DNA of 64,000 nt, taken from a virus. A model generated the notes under the pieces. It made no database searches and had not been told where the DNA came from. It saw nothing but the letters and a program-made list of their open reading frames with translations. This document shows, piece by piece, positions 44,392 to 56,300 of this stretch (positions are counted from its first letter, which is position 1; each line of letters opens with the position of its first letter). Made by a program: the position numbers and the translations under genes. The DNA lies in IMG/VR virus record IMGVR_UViG_3300047533_000002, positions 1,303 to 65,302 of that record; one strand, 5' to 3'.

Positions 44392-47300
44392 GTGGCCAAC
44401 GCCCCTCTGTCGCCGCTTGAGAACGTACTGTCCGAACAGCAGCAATCGCTCGGCATCTCAGACTTCAAATTCAGCGAGCCCGAGCGGGCGCCTGCCACGG
44501 CCAAGGCTGGCACTGCGCCGGCTGACCTGATGCCGCTGTTCGAGGGTGCAGCCCAGAAATACAACGTGCCGGTGAATATCCTGCTGGGCTTGGCCGACCA
44601 GGAATCCCGGTTCAATCCCCGTGCACTGGGTCAGCAGACGAAGTGGGGGCGCGCCAAGGGCTTGATGCAGTACCTGGACAGCACCGCCCAGGGGATGGGT
44701 ATCAACCCTTATGACCCGGCGCAGTCGATCGATGCAGCTGCCAAGCAGCTGTCCGAGCGCCTGGGCAAGGGCTACTCGATGATCGACGCGGTTCGCGAGC
44801 ACTTCGCCGGCCCTGATCGCAAGCAGTGGGGCAAGAAGACCGAAGCCTATGGCAACGAGGTCATGCAGCGCGCTGCGAAGTTCGAAGGCGTTCCGCTGGT
44901 GGGCGCTAACGGCCAGCCCGTGCAGTCGCCGACTGGTGACATGCCGATGGCTGCCGACATGGCGCCGGGCGCCAATGCCGATGCTGGCATGCAGCCAGGC
45001 CAGCTGGACGAGGCCGGCAAGCGCAAGCTGGCCCAGGACATGCTGACCGAGATGAACGCCGCCGAGCCAGGTCGCTACAGCCTGGCTACGCCAGAGCAGA
45101 TCGCCGCCGCGCAGTCCAAGTTGCCAGGGACTGCCGATCAGGCCCAAGGCCCTGATGGTTTCTGGTCGGCGACCGGCAAGGCCCTGTCGAACATCCCCGG
45201 CAACTTCCAGGAAGCGGCAGGCGGCCTGCTGCGCTACCTGGGCGAAGGCGTGGACGACAACACCCTGTACTTCAACGCTCAAAAGCTGGGTGTGCTGAAA
45301 AAGCTTCAGGAAGACGGTGTGATCACCATGGGTCCAAGCAAGGGAGGGCTGATCACCACCCAAGTCCCATATCTGCCTGATGGCAAGATGGCCGACATAT
45401 CGAACACGGCCCGCTACCTTCGTGAGAACGCTCCGCAGCTGTTCTCCAAGGAACAGCAGGAGGTGATGAACGGCATCAAGCCGAACGCCGTCGCCCAGAA
45501 GGGTATCGACCTGGCCGCCGATGCCCGCAAGGACCGCGCCGAGATCAACCCGGACGGCCCACTTGCCAAGTACGGCAGCATGATCATCAGCTCGACCGCC
45601 GAAATGGCGCCGGCATTGCTGGCCGGCATCGTGACCCGCAACCCGAACATGACGTTGGGCATGATCGGTACTCAGGTTTACGGCCAAAGCTACGAGAAGG
45701 GCCGCGAGAAAGGCCTGAACCCTGACGAGGCCGGCACCTACGCTGCTGCCCAGGCCGCCGCCGAGGCGATCCCGAGCGCGCTTCCGGTCCATGCGATCCT
45801 GGCGCCGGGCAAGAACTTCTTCAGCGGGCTGTTCAAGGCCGGCCTGGCCGAGTCGGTGCAAGAGGGCATTACCGGTGCACTGCAAGCCGGTATCGACAAA
45901 GGCACCATCGATCCCAATATGACCTGGGCGCAAGCGCGCGAACAGATCATCGACAGCATGATCGTAGGCGGTGGCGCTGGCGTGGCCATGCGTGCCGGTG
46001 TGGACGGCGGGCGCCGTGCACGCGAAGCCATGCGCAGCCCCGAGGCTCGCCTGGGTGAAGCCATGCAAGCCGAGGTCGATAACGCGCAGCCAAGCACCAC
46101 GGCAGACGCCGAGGCTCGTGCAGCGCTTGACCCGAACACCCAGCCCATGCAGCAGCAAGCCGAGGCCGCACCGGTTGAGGTAGCGCCAGCTAAGGACGTT
46201 CCGGCCCAAGCGCAACCAGAGCAGCCTGGGCCATCGGGTCCGCTTGGCCGTGCCCTGGAACGCGCACTACCGACCGATCCCGTGGTGGAAGCCCCGCAAG
46301 TGGTGGAGCAGGCTGCCGTGGAGCAGCAGGCACCGGTCGAGCGGGTGGAAGAATCTGCCGCGCCAGCAGCCAGCGAGTTCATGGGGCCGACCGGCTCCAC
46401 CATCAACGTTGCGCCAGCAGGCGTCGAGCCGTTCCAGGCGACGATCGAAGGCTACACGGACGGCGAGGTTGTGCTGCGCGACCAGGAGGGCAACCGTTTC
46501 CAGGTCAGCCAGGCCGAGCTTCAGCCAGCCGAGCAGATACCCAAGGCCGCCGAAGAAGCCGCGCCTGCCGTTGAAGAAACCCAGCAGGCACAGCCTGATC
46601 AGGTAGCCGAAGCGGCGCCAGCCGAGCAGGAACGCGCGCAAGCCGACCAGCAGCAGCCTGCCCGTCGTGAGCCGAAAACCTACGACCAGATGGACGAGCC
46701 TGAGCTGCGCGAGCGGCTGAAGTACCTTGCCAGGCAGGCGAAAAGCACCGGCTGGGATAAGAAGCTGGTTACCGAGCGCAAGAAGGTAGAGGCAGCGATC
46801 GACGCTATCGCCGCCAAGTCCACCCCAGAAGTGGCAGAGCCGGTTGCCGAGCAGCCTGCGCAGCAGGTTGAGCAAAAGACCGATAAGCCAGCAGCAGAGC
46901 CGGTGACCGCTGAGCTGCCCCAGGCAGAGGCGCCGAAGTGGTTCGGCACCCAGGAAAAGGCTGACGCCTACGTTGCCAAGAAAAACCTGGCAGACACCCA
47001 TGAGGTGAAGCTGAACGGTCGTCGCTTCGAGGTCGTGCCAAAGGCTGAGGTTTCGCAACCTGATACAGCTGTCGCTGAGCCTGCGCCAGTGCAGGACGCC
47101 CCACAGATCAAGCCTGACCCCAATGTTACCGGGCACGTCAATCGCGCTCGCAAGCTGATGGGTGCCAATGTCGGTGATTTCGTTCGTCCATCCTCCGATA
47201 TCGGCTACTCGACCGGTGGGCGCGAGTATTTCATCAACAAGATCGACAAGAACGGCACGGTTCACGTCACCAATCAGGAAGACGGATCGAGCACCAGCTG

Positions 47301-50300
47301 GTCGCGCGCCGAGCTGGAGCGTGCATCGCGTGCAGGCGTCTCGTTCGGTCGTGAAGTGAAGTCAGAGACAAAGGCTTCTGCTGCCCCGAGCGTTGCTGAA
47401 ACGCAAACACAATCAACTGAAGCGAAACGACCGGCAGAGAGCAGCGGCGCCGAGATTGGCAGCCTCTTCCATGGCACTGCGCGAGCCTTCGATAAATTCG
47501 ACGCCGCAAGGGTTGGCAGGTCGGGCGGCGGCTTCAATCATCAGGGGCCAGGCTTCTACCTGACTGATGACGGCGACGGCTATGCCAAGTTCTTCGCCGA
47601 AAAGGCGGCGGCCAAGGTGTCGCAGATGGACAAGTTGTTGACCGAAGCGCAGGCCGACGAGCTGTTCCATAGCGGCGGAAAAGTGCTGAACGTGTCCATT
47701 GCCGAAGATGCAAAAATGCTGGACCTTCGTAAGCCCGGCGCCGATCCAGAAGTGGTGGATATGTTTTCCCGATCCGTCGGCGATAAGTCGGTCGGTGAGC
47801 AGCTGCGCAAGCGCGTTATGGACTTAGGCTATGACGGTATTGTCTTCAAAGAGCCTAATGCGATCGAGGGCTGGGCTACAAAAGACGGCGCCATTACCGC
47901 CGTGCTTTACGATGAAAGCAAGGCTGTTATCGAGAAGCCGGCCAATACGCCCGCTGCGCCATCCATCGAAGGCGATCGCATCGACAGCGAGTGGTCCCGC
48001 TTCAAATCCGAATCCGGAACCCTTGGCATTCCGCGCGAACAGATGCCGCAGATTAAGGCCGAGCACCGTGGAGCCATGGTCAACTTCCTGAACGCGCGCG
48101 ACATTGCGCATGAGGAACAGACCGTTCCAGCTGACAGCCTCAAACCGACACAGGCAGAGTTTTCTCGCGAGAAGGTGGCGCGGGCCCAGGCCTTCGAAGG
48201 CGGTGACCGCTCCATCCTAGTATCGAGCGATGGTCACGTGCTGGACGGCCATCACCAGTGGATGGCAAAGCGCGAGGCCGGCGAGCCAGTGAAGGTGATC
48301 CGTCTGGATGCGCCGATCCGTGAGCTGCTGTCAACCGTGGCCGAGTTCCCGAGCGCGACCGTTGATCAAGGCGCGGCAACCGCAAATAACCCACAGGGAA
48401 AACCTGCTAACCGGTCGGATAGCGGTATTTCCAAGCCGTCGGCGAACAAGATTTTCACCGAGGACGCCGCCGATAAGGCCCGCGCCCTGCTGCGCTCGAA
48501 GTTGACCCAACTGAATAGCGGCATTGACCCGGAAATCATGCAGGCGGGTATTACCCTGGCCGGCTACCATATCGAGAAGGGCGCCCGCACCTTCGCCGCC
48601 TATGCCAAGGCTATGACCGCCGACCTGGGCGATATCGTGCGTCCCTACCTGAAATCGTGGTATATGGGCGTGAAGTACGACCCACGCGCCACCGGCTTCG
48701 ACGGTATGAGTACCGCTGCCGACGTTGAAGCTTTCGACCTGGCCAAACCTATCGAGGAAACCCGCAATGAACCTACAGAACTGGATCAGCCAAGCCAGGG
48801 AGCACTGGAAAGAGCACCAGCCGAAGAGGTTCCAGGAGCTGAAGGCGAAGGGTCAGCTGGGGAACGCGCTTCGCGAAGCAGCGGAGCGGACGCACGCCGA
48901 AATGAGCGAGCTGGAAGCCAGCGGGATGACGACGCACGAAGCGTGGGAGATGGCGCGGGAGCAGTACCTGTTCCCGCCAGCGGAGAGCGACCAGGACGAC
49001 GAGCAGCCGGCGAGCGGCAGCCTGTTCAACGAGGCGATGGCGGTGATCCAGCCCGAGGACGAGCAGGCGGACCAGACGGAACCGACCCAAGCAGCGTAAC
49101 CGCGTCGAACGGCGTCGAGTCTGGCGACCGTGGCACCAACTACACCATCACCGAAGCCGATGCGATCGGCACGGGCGGCGCGAAGACCAAGTACAAGGCC
49201 AACGTCGAGGCAATCCAGCTGTTGAAAAAGCTGGAGGCTTCCGGGCGCCCGGCTACCGCCGCAGAGCAGGCCGCGCTCGCCAAGTACGTGGGCTGGGGTG
49301 GCATCCCGCAGGCATTCGAGCGCAGCGACAAGAGCGCCAGCAAGGGCTGGGAGCGGGAAGTTAAGGAGCTGCGCGAGCTGCTGACGCCCGAGGAATACAG
49401 CGCCGCTGCGTCGTCCACTAAGAATGCCCACTACACCAGCCCGGAAATCGTCGCCGCCGTGTGGCGCGCCGCTGATCGCCTGGGCTTCAAGGGTGGCCGT
49501 GTGCTGGAGCCTTCTGTGGGCGCCGGCAACTTCTTCGGCCTGATGCCGCACGAGCTGCGCAAGGCATCCGCGCTGCACGGCGTGGAGCTGGATCGCATCA
49601 CCAGCGGTATCGCTGCCCAGCTTTACCCTGAAGCCAAGATCGCCCGCATGGGCTTTCAGGACTACACCATTCCAGATGGTCACTTTGACATCGCCATTGG
49701 CAACCCGCCGTTCGGGCGCGAGAGCCTGTACGACGGCAAGCGCAAGGACATCAGCGGTTTCAGCATTCACAACTACTTCTTCGCCAAGAGCCTGGACGGC
49801 CTGAAGGAAGGCGGCGTCCTGGCCATGGTCGTGACCAGCCGCATGATGGACGTGCCAGGCGATAAGGCGCGCGCCTACATGGACTATCGCGCTGACTTCA
49901 TCGGGGCGATCCGGCTGCCGAATGACGCCTTCATGGCGAAAGCCGGCACCGCCGTAACCACTGACATCATCTTCATGCGCAAGCGCGGCCCAGGCTCGCC
50001 GAATGCCGGTGAGAACTGGATGAAGGTGCGCGATTACACCGACAGCGACGGCAATACCGTGCCGCTGAACGAGTATTTCCACGATCACCCCGAGAACATG
50101 CTGGGTGACTTCGGCGCCTACGGGTCCATGTACCGCGACGGTGAGCCGGCACTTGTTGCCCGAGCCGGCCAGGACACGGCGAAACTGCTGGATCAAGCCA
50201 TTGCGCGGCTGCCGCTTGCCGAGGGCACTGTGGAGCCCGTCGTTAAGCCTGAAACCGCCGCGACCGTGCGCGCTGATAACGTGCGTGTCGGCTCCATGTT

Positions 50301-53300
50301 CGTTGACGGCGACACCGTGAAGGTTCGCGGGGATGACGTGCTAGGCGAAAACACTGCCGAGGCCGTCACCTTCCCGAGCGACAAGGCCCGCGATCGAGTG
50401 GTTGGCATGATCGGCATGCGTGACCAGCTGGCAACCCTGCGCGGCCTGCAGCTGAACCCGAACGCCACCGAGAAGCAGATCGCCACCGCTCGCAAGGCGC
50501 TGAACAACGCCTATGACGCCTTCGTCAAGGAGAACGGCCCGATTAACCTGGACGCCAACAAGCGCTTGTTCAGGGATGATCCATCCTGGCCGCAGCTGTC
50601 CGCCCTGGAAGATGGTTTCGACAAGGGTATCTCTGCTGCCGTGGCCAAGAAGACCGGCGAAGAGGCACGCAAGCCAAGCGCCCAGAAAGCCGCGATCTTC
50701 ACCAAGCGCACCCAGTCGCCATACCAGGCACCCGAAAGCGCCAGCTCAGCCAAGGACGCCTTGGTATCGTCGCTGGCCGAGACTGGCCGCGTTGACCTGG
50801 GGCTTATGGGCCGCCTGTACGGGAAGAGCGAAGACGCCATCGTCAAGGAGCTGGGCGACCTAGTGTTCCAAGACCCTGCCAAGGGCTACGTTACCCGTGA
50901 CGAGTACCTGTCTGGCAACGTGAAGGCTAAGCTGGCCCAGGCACGCCAGGCTGCACAGAAGGATGCCGCGTTCGCCCGCAACGTCGAGGCGCTGGAGGCA
51001 GTCCAGCCGCGCGACATCGAGGCCGTGGATATCAACGTGAAGCCGGGCGCCGCCTGGATACCGAACGATACCATGGGCGGCTTCGCCAACCACATCGGAG
51101 AAGGCGGCAAGGCCCGTGCTATCTACAACCCGGCCACCGCCAAGTGGTCGATCCTGGGCCTGGATTCCAGTCGTTCGGCAGATGCGCGCTGGTCTACCGG
51201 TCGCGTCGATCTTAAATCCATCCTGGAGGCTGCCGCCAACCAGAAGACGCTGCAGGTCTTCGATAGCCATTCCGACGGCACCCGCACGCTCAACGAGACC
51301 GAAACCCAGCTTGCCAATGACAAGGTAAACGCGGTCAAGGAGGAATGGAGCCGCTGGGTCTGGGCCGATGACGCCCGCCGTGAGCAGCTTGCCGGCATCT
51401 ACAACAACGTGTTCAACACCAACGTCGCCCGCGAGTACGATGGCTCGCACCTGACGTTCCCTGGCAAGGTCGGGAACGACATCATTGCCCTGCGCCCGCA
51501 CCAAGCCAATGGCGTGTGGCGCATTGTCCAGTCTGACACCACCCTGGCTGACCACGTTGTTGGCGCGGGCAAAACCTTCACGCTCATTGCCGGCGCCATG
51601 GAACTGCGCCGCATGGGTCTGGCCAAGAAGCCGATGTTCGCCGTGCCGAACCACCTGGTCGGCCAATGGGCCGCCGACTTCACCAAGCTTTACCCAGGCG
51701 CCAACGTGCTGGCCGCGACCAAGAAGGACTTCGACAAAGAAAACCGCAAGCGCCTGTTCGCCAGGATTGCGACCGGCGATTGGGATGCGGTGATCGTCGC
51801 GCATTCCAGCTTCGGCAAGGTTGAGGTCGAGCCCAAAGAGCAGGCCGCGTTTATTGAAGAGCAGATCGCCGACCTGGACAGCTCGATCGAACTGATGCGT
51901 CAGACCGATGGCGAGAAGAGCCGGAACGTCAAGGACGTGCAGAAGCGGCGGGATGCGCTGCGCGAGAAGCTGAAAAAGCTGCTGGACGCCGACAACAAGG
52001 ACGACAACCTGTACTGGGGCGAGCTGGGAATCGACGCCCTGTTCGTGGACGAGGCGCACGAGTTCAAGAACCTGGCGTTCTCCACGTCGATGAACCGCGT
52101 GGCCGGCCTGGGCAACCAGCAGGGCAGCCAGAAGGCGTCCGATATGTTCCTCAAGGTGCGCCAGGTGCTGAACGCCACGGGTGGGCGCAACGTCGTTTTC
52201 GCCACCGGTACGCCGATCAGCAACACCATGGCCGAAATGTACACCATGCAGCGCTACCTGGATTACTCGAACCTGAAGGCGCAGGGCATCAATCACTTTG
52301 ATGCCTGGGCGCGCATGTTCGGCGAGGTCGTGACCGATTGGGAACTGTCGCCATCCGGCAAGTACAAGATGAACAGCAGGTTCGCCAAGTTCGTGAACAT
52401 GCCCGAGCTGATGCAGCGGTACACGCACTTCGCTGACGTGATCAATCGCGACGACATCAACCGCATGCTGGCGTCCCAGGGTAAGAAGCTGCCCGTTCCG
52501 AAGCTAGCCGGGGGCAAGCCGACCAACGTTGTAGTGCCGCGCAGCCCTGAGCAGGCCAAGTTCATCGGGGAGCCGATCAAGGACGAGGCTGGCAACGACA
52601 CCGACAACTACCCGCAGGGCTCGCTTGTCTGGCGCTCGGAGAACATGCCGAAGAAGGCCGAGAAGGGCGCGGACAACATGCTCAAGATCATGGGCGATGC
52701 GCGTAAGGCCGCGCTCGACATGCGCTTGATCGATCCGAGCTACCCGGATTACCCGAACAGCAAGGTCAACCACGCGGCTGGTCGCATCAAAGCCATCTAC
52801 GACGAATGGCATGCCGATCGTGGCACCCAGCTGGTGTTCATCGACCTGTCCACGCCGAAGAACGCGAAAGCCGCCGAGGCTGCACGCCTGCGCGACCTGG
52901 TTGAGCGTGCCGAGCAGGGTGATGAACAGGCCATCACTGACCTGGATAAGGTGAGCCCGGACGAGATGATGGCCCTGGACGGCGATTTCTCTGTCTATGA
53001 CGACCTGAAGCAGAAGCTGATCGATCGCGGCATTCCTGAAGCGGAGATCGCCTTTATCCACGATGCCAAGACCGAGCTGCAAAAGGACGAGCTGTTCGGC
53101 AAGGTCCGGTCGGGCCGCGTTCGCGTGCTGTTCGGCTCAACCGCCAAGATGGGCGCCGGCATGAACGTACAGGACCGCCTGGTCGCACTTCATCACCTGG
53201 ACGCCCCGTGGCGGCCGTCCGACCTGGAGCAGCGAGAAGGCCGCATCATCCGCCAGGGCAACAAGCTGTACGAGCGCGACCCGGAAGGGTTCGAGGTGCG

Positions 53301-56300
53301 CATCAACCGCTATGCCACCAAGCAGACCCTGGACAGCCGTATGTGGCAGACGATCGAGGGCAAAGCCAACTTCATCGAGCAGGTGCGCAAGGGCAACACC
53401 GGCACCCGCGAGATCGAGGACGTGGCCGGCGAAGCCGCCAACGCCGCCGAAATGAAAGCGGCATCGAGCGGCAACCCCCTGATCCTGGAAGAAATGAGTC
53501 TGCGCCAGAAGGTCCGCAAGCTAGAGACCGAGCGCCAGGGCTTCGACCGGGAGCAGCACCGCCTGCGCGATAGCATTCGTTACGCCAAGCAAAGCGCCGA
53601 TCGTGCCGACGTGCTGCTGAACGAGCTGCGCCAGGACGCCAAGCGTGCGCAGCCCTCCGAGTTCGAGATGACCATCGACGGTCAGGCCTTCGACAAGCGC
53701 AAGGACGCTGGCGAGGCACTGATGGCCAAGCTGGCAGAGATGGAGGCCAGCCAGGCCGAGACTGCCACCCTGGGCAAGTTTGGCGACTTCACGCTGCACG
53801 CTGAACGGGTTGGTGCCGAACGCTTTATCGCCACCCTGGAAGGCGCTGGCACGTATGACGCGAAGATCGAGATCGGCAACGACCCGATGGGCGCCATCAT
53901 GCGCATCACCAACAGCGTGAAAGACCTGGGAGCAGCGATCGAGCAGGTAGAGCGCAACAAGGCGCGTGCCGAGGCAGACATTCCCAAGCTGGAAGCGCAG
54001 GTAAGCAAATGGCCGAAAAGCCAGGAGCTGAATGGAGCACGGTCGCGCCACGCCGAAGTGCTGGAGCAGCTGAAGCCGAAGAAGACCGTGCAGACCGCGC
54101 CAGCGGAAGCAGCCGGTAACAAGGCGAGCATGGGCGATTCCGCATCCCTGGGCGAAACCCTGCGCGCCAGCGACCTAGGCCGCATCCTTGGAACCATGAT
54201 CGACGGCGGCCAGGTCGTGCTGCACGATACTGCGCCAGACGGCATCCATCCTCAAACCCAGGGGTGGACCGACACCAATGGTAAAATCCATCTGGTGGCA
54301 GATCAGCTGACCCCTGAAAGCGCGCCGGCAGTGCTCTTGCACGAGGCGTTCCACTCAGGCGGCGAGGCCCTGGTCAAGACCGATAAGTGGATGAACCTGA
54401 TGGCTCGCCTGAATGGTTTCTACAAGGCCGCCGAGGCCGGGCGCTTGTCGGGCGACTGGGCCGAGGCCTTCCGCCGCGTGGAGAAGGCCAAAGCGGCAGG
54501 CGATACCATGTCCCGCATGCGCTCCATTGAAGAGCTGGGCGCCTATGCGATCGAGAACTACGAGCGCGCGCCGGCAGGTATCAAGAAGTGGGCGCAGAGC
54601 ATCATGGGTGCCGTGAAGGACTTCCTGTACCGCCGCTTCGGCATCCAAGCCGGCTCGGTCACCCCAGCCCAGCTGCGCGCCATGGCTGTATCGGCCCTGC
54701 GCAGTGGCAGGACCGCGCCGCGCGAGGAAGCAGCGTTCAGCCGAAACCAGGATGATGCGCCTACCGATCGCGAGGTGGACAGCTGGTTTAGCCGAGCCCT
54801 GACCGACGCCATGGCCGGCGCCAAGAGCAAAGGCCAGTTCAGCCTCCTGGCCACCGCGCCCATGGACCGCATGATCGAAGAGCTGGCCGGCAATAACATG
54901 CACGCCACCGAGTACCTGAAGCTCAAGCGTGACATGGACGCCTACCGGGCCAAGAAGCACGCCGAGTTCGATACCACGGCACAGAAGTGGCTGAAGCTGA
55001 ACGTCACTGACCGGCAGGGAGCGAAGGAGATGGCGCGCATCATGCACGATGCAACCATCGCCCAGGCCGACCCGGCTGAGTCGTTCTCGTCGATCATCAA
55101 CAAGATCGATCAGCAGATGATGGACAAGCAGCCGAACAGCGAGGCCGGCAAGGCCGCGTTCGAGAAGAAGGTGCGCGACGATGCGCGCCGGTCGGCGCAT
55201 GCTGAGTTGTCCAAGCGCTTCAAGGCGCTGTCGCCCGAGCTGCAGGCTCACTATCGCGAGGTGCGTGACACGTACAAGCGGATGACCGAAGAGCTGGACC
55301 AGATCCTGATGGACAACCTGGCAGCAGCAATCGACATCCACGGTCGGAAAGCGGAGCGCACCTACGAGAAAGAGCTGGCAGAAATCAAGGACGAGGGCCT
55401 GACCGGTGACGCCAAGAAACAGGCCGAAGCCGCTGCGCTGTACAAGTACAACACCGCCATGACCAAGCTGCGCTGGAACAAGAAGGCTCGCTTGACCATG
55501 ATGCGTCAGCAGTTCGAGGCCAACCGCCTGGAAGGCCCTTACTTCCCGCTGGCTCGCTTCGGTGACTACTTCGTGACCGTTCGCGACCGCGACACTGGCG
55601 AGGTGATCAGCTTCAGCCGGTTCGAATCCCGCAAGGAGCAGCAGCGGTTCGCGGCTGACGCTAAGCGCCTGGGCAAGGTGCAGACCGGCCTGCTGAGCGC
55701 AGACGCCGAGCTGCGTGGCTCCGTTGATCCGCGCTTTGTGTCCGATGTTGAGGACATCCTGGGCGGCGCCGACGTGCCTGATTCCGTCAAGGACCAGGTA
55801 TGGCAGCGTTACCTGGAGAGCATGCCCGACATGAGCATGCGCAAGGGCTTCATCCACCGGAAGAACCGTGAAGGCTATACCCAGGATGCCTTGCGCGCGT
55901 TCGCTTCCAGGATGTTCCATGGCGCTCACCAGCTGGGCCGCCTCAAGTTCGGCGCCCGCATGCAGGAGTCGATCGACCTGGCCAAGGAGTTTGCCGGCAA
56001 GAGCAAGGAGCCGGAGCGTGACACGGCTGTGGTCAATGAGATCAACCGTCGCCATGACTACGTGATGAACCCCAAAGGCGGCCCGCTGGCGCAGAAACTG
56101 ACCAGCGCTGCCTTCATCTATCACCTGTCGATGTCGCCAGCCGCCGCCCTGGTCAACCTGTCGCAGACCGCAATCATCGGCATTCCGGTCATTGGCGCCA
56201 AGTTCGGTACGGCCAAGACCATTGCCGAGATGGGCAAGGCTGCGACCCACTTTGTCACCGGCAAGGGACACGCGGAGAATTCGAAGTCCCTGACCGACGA

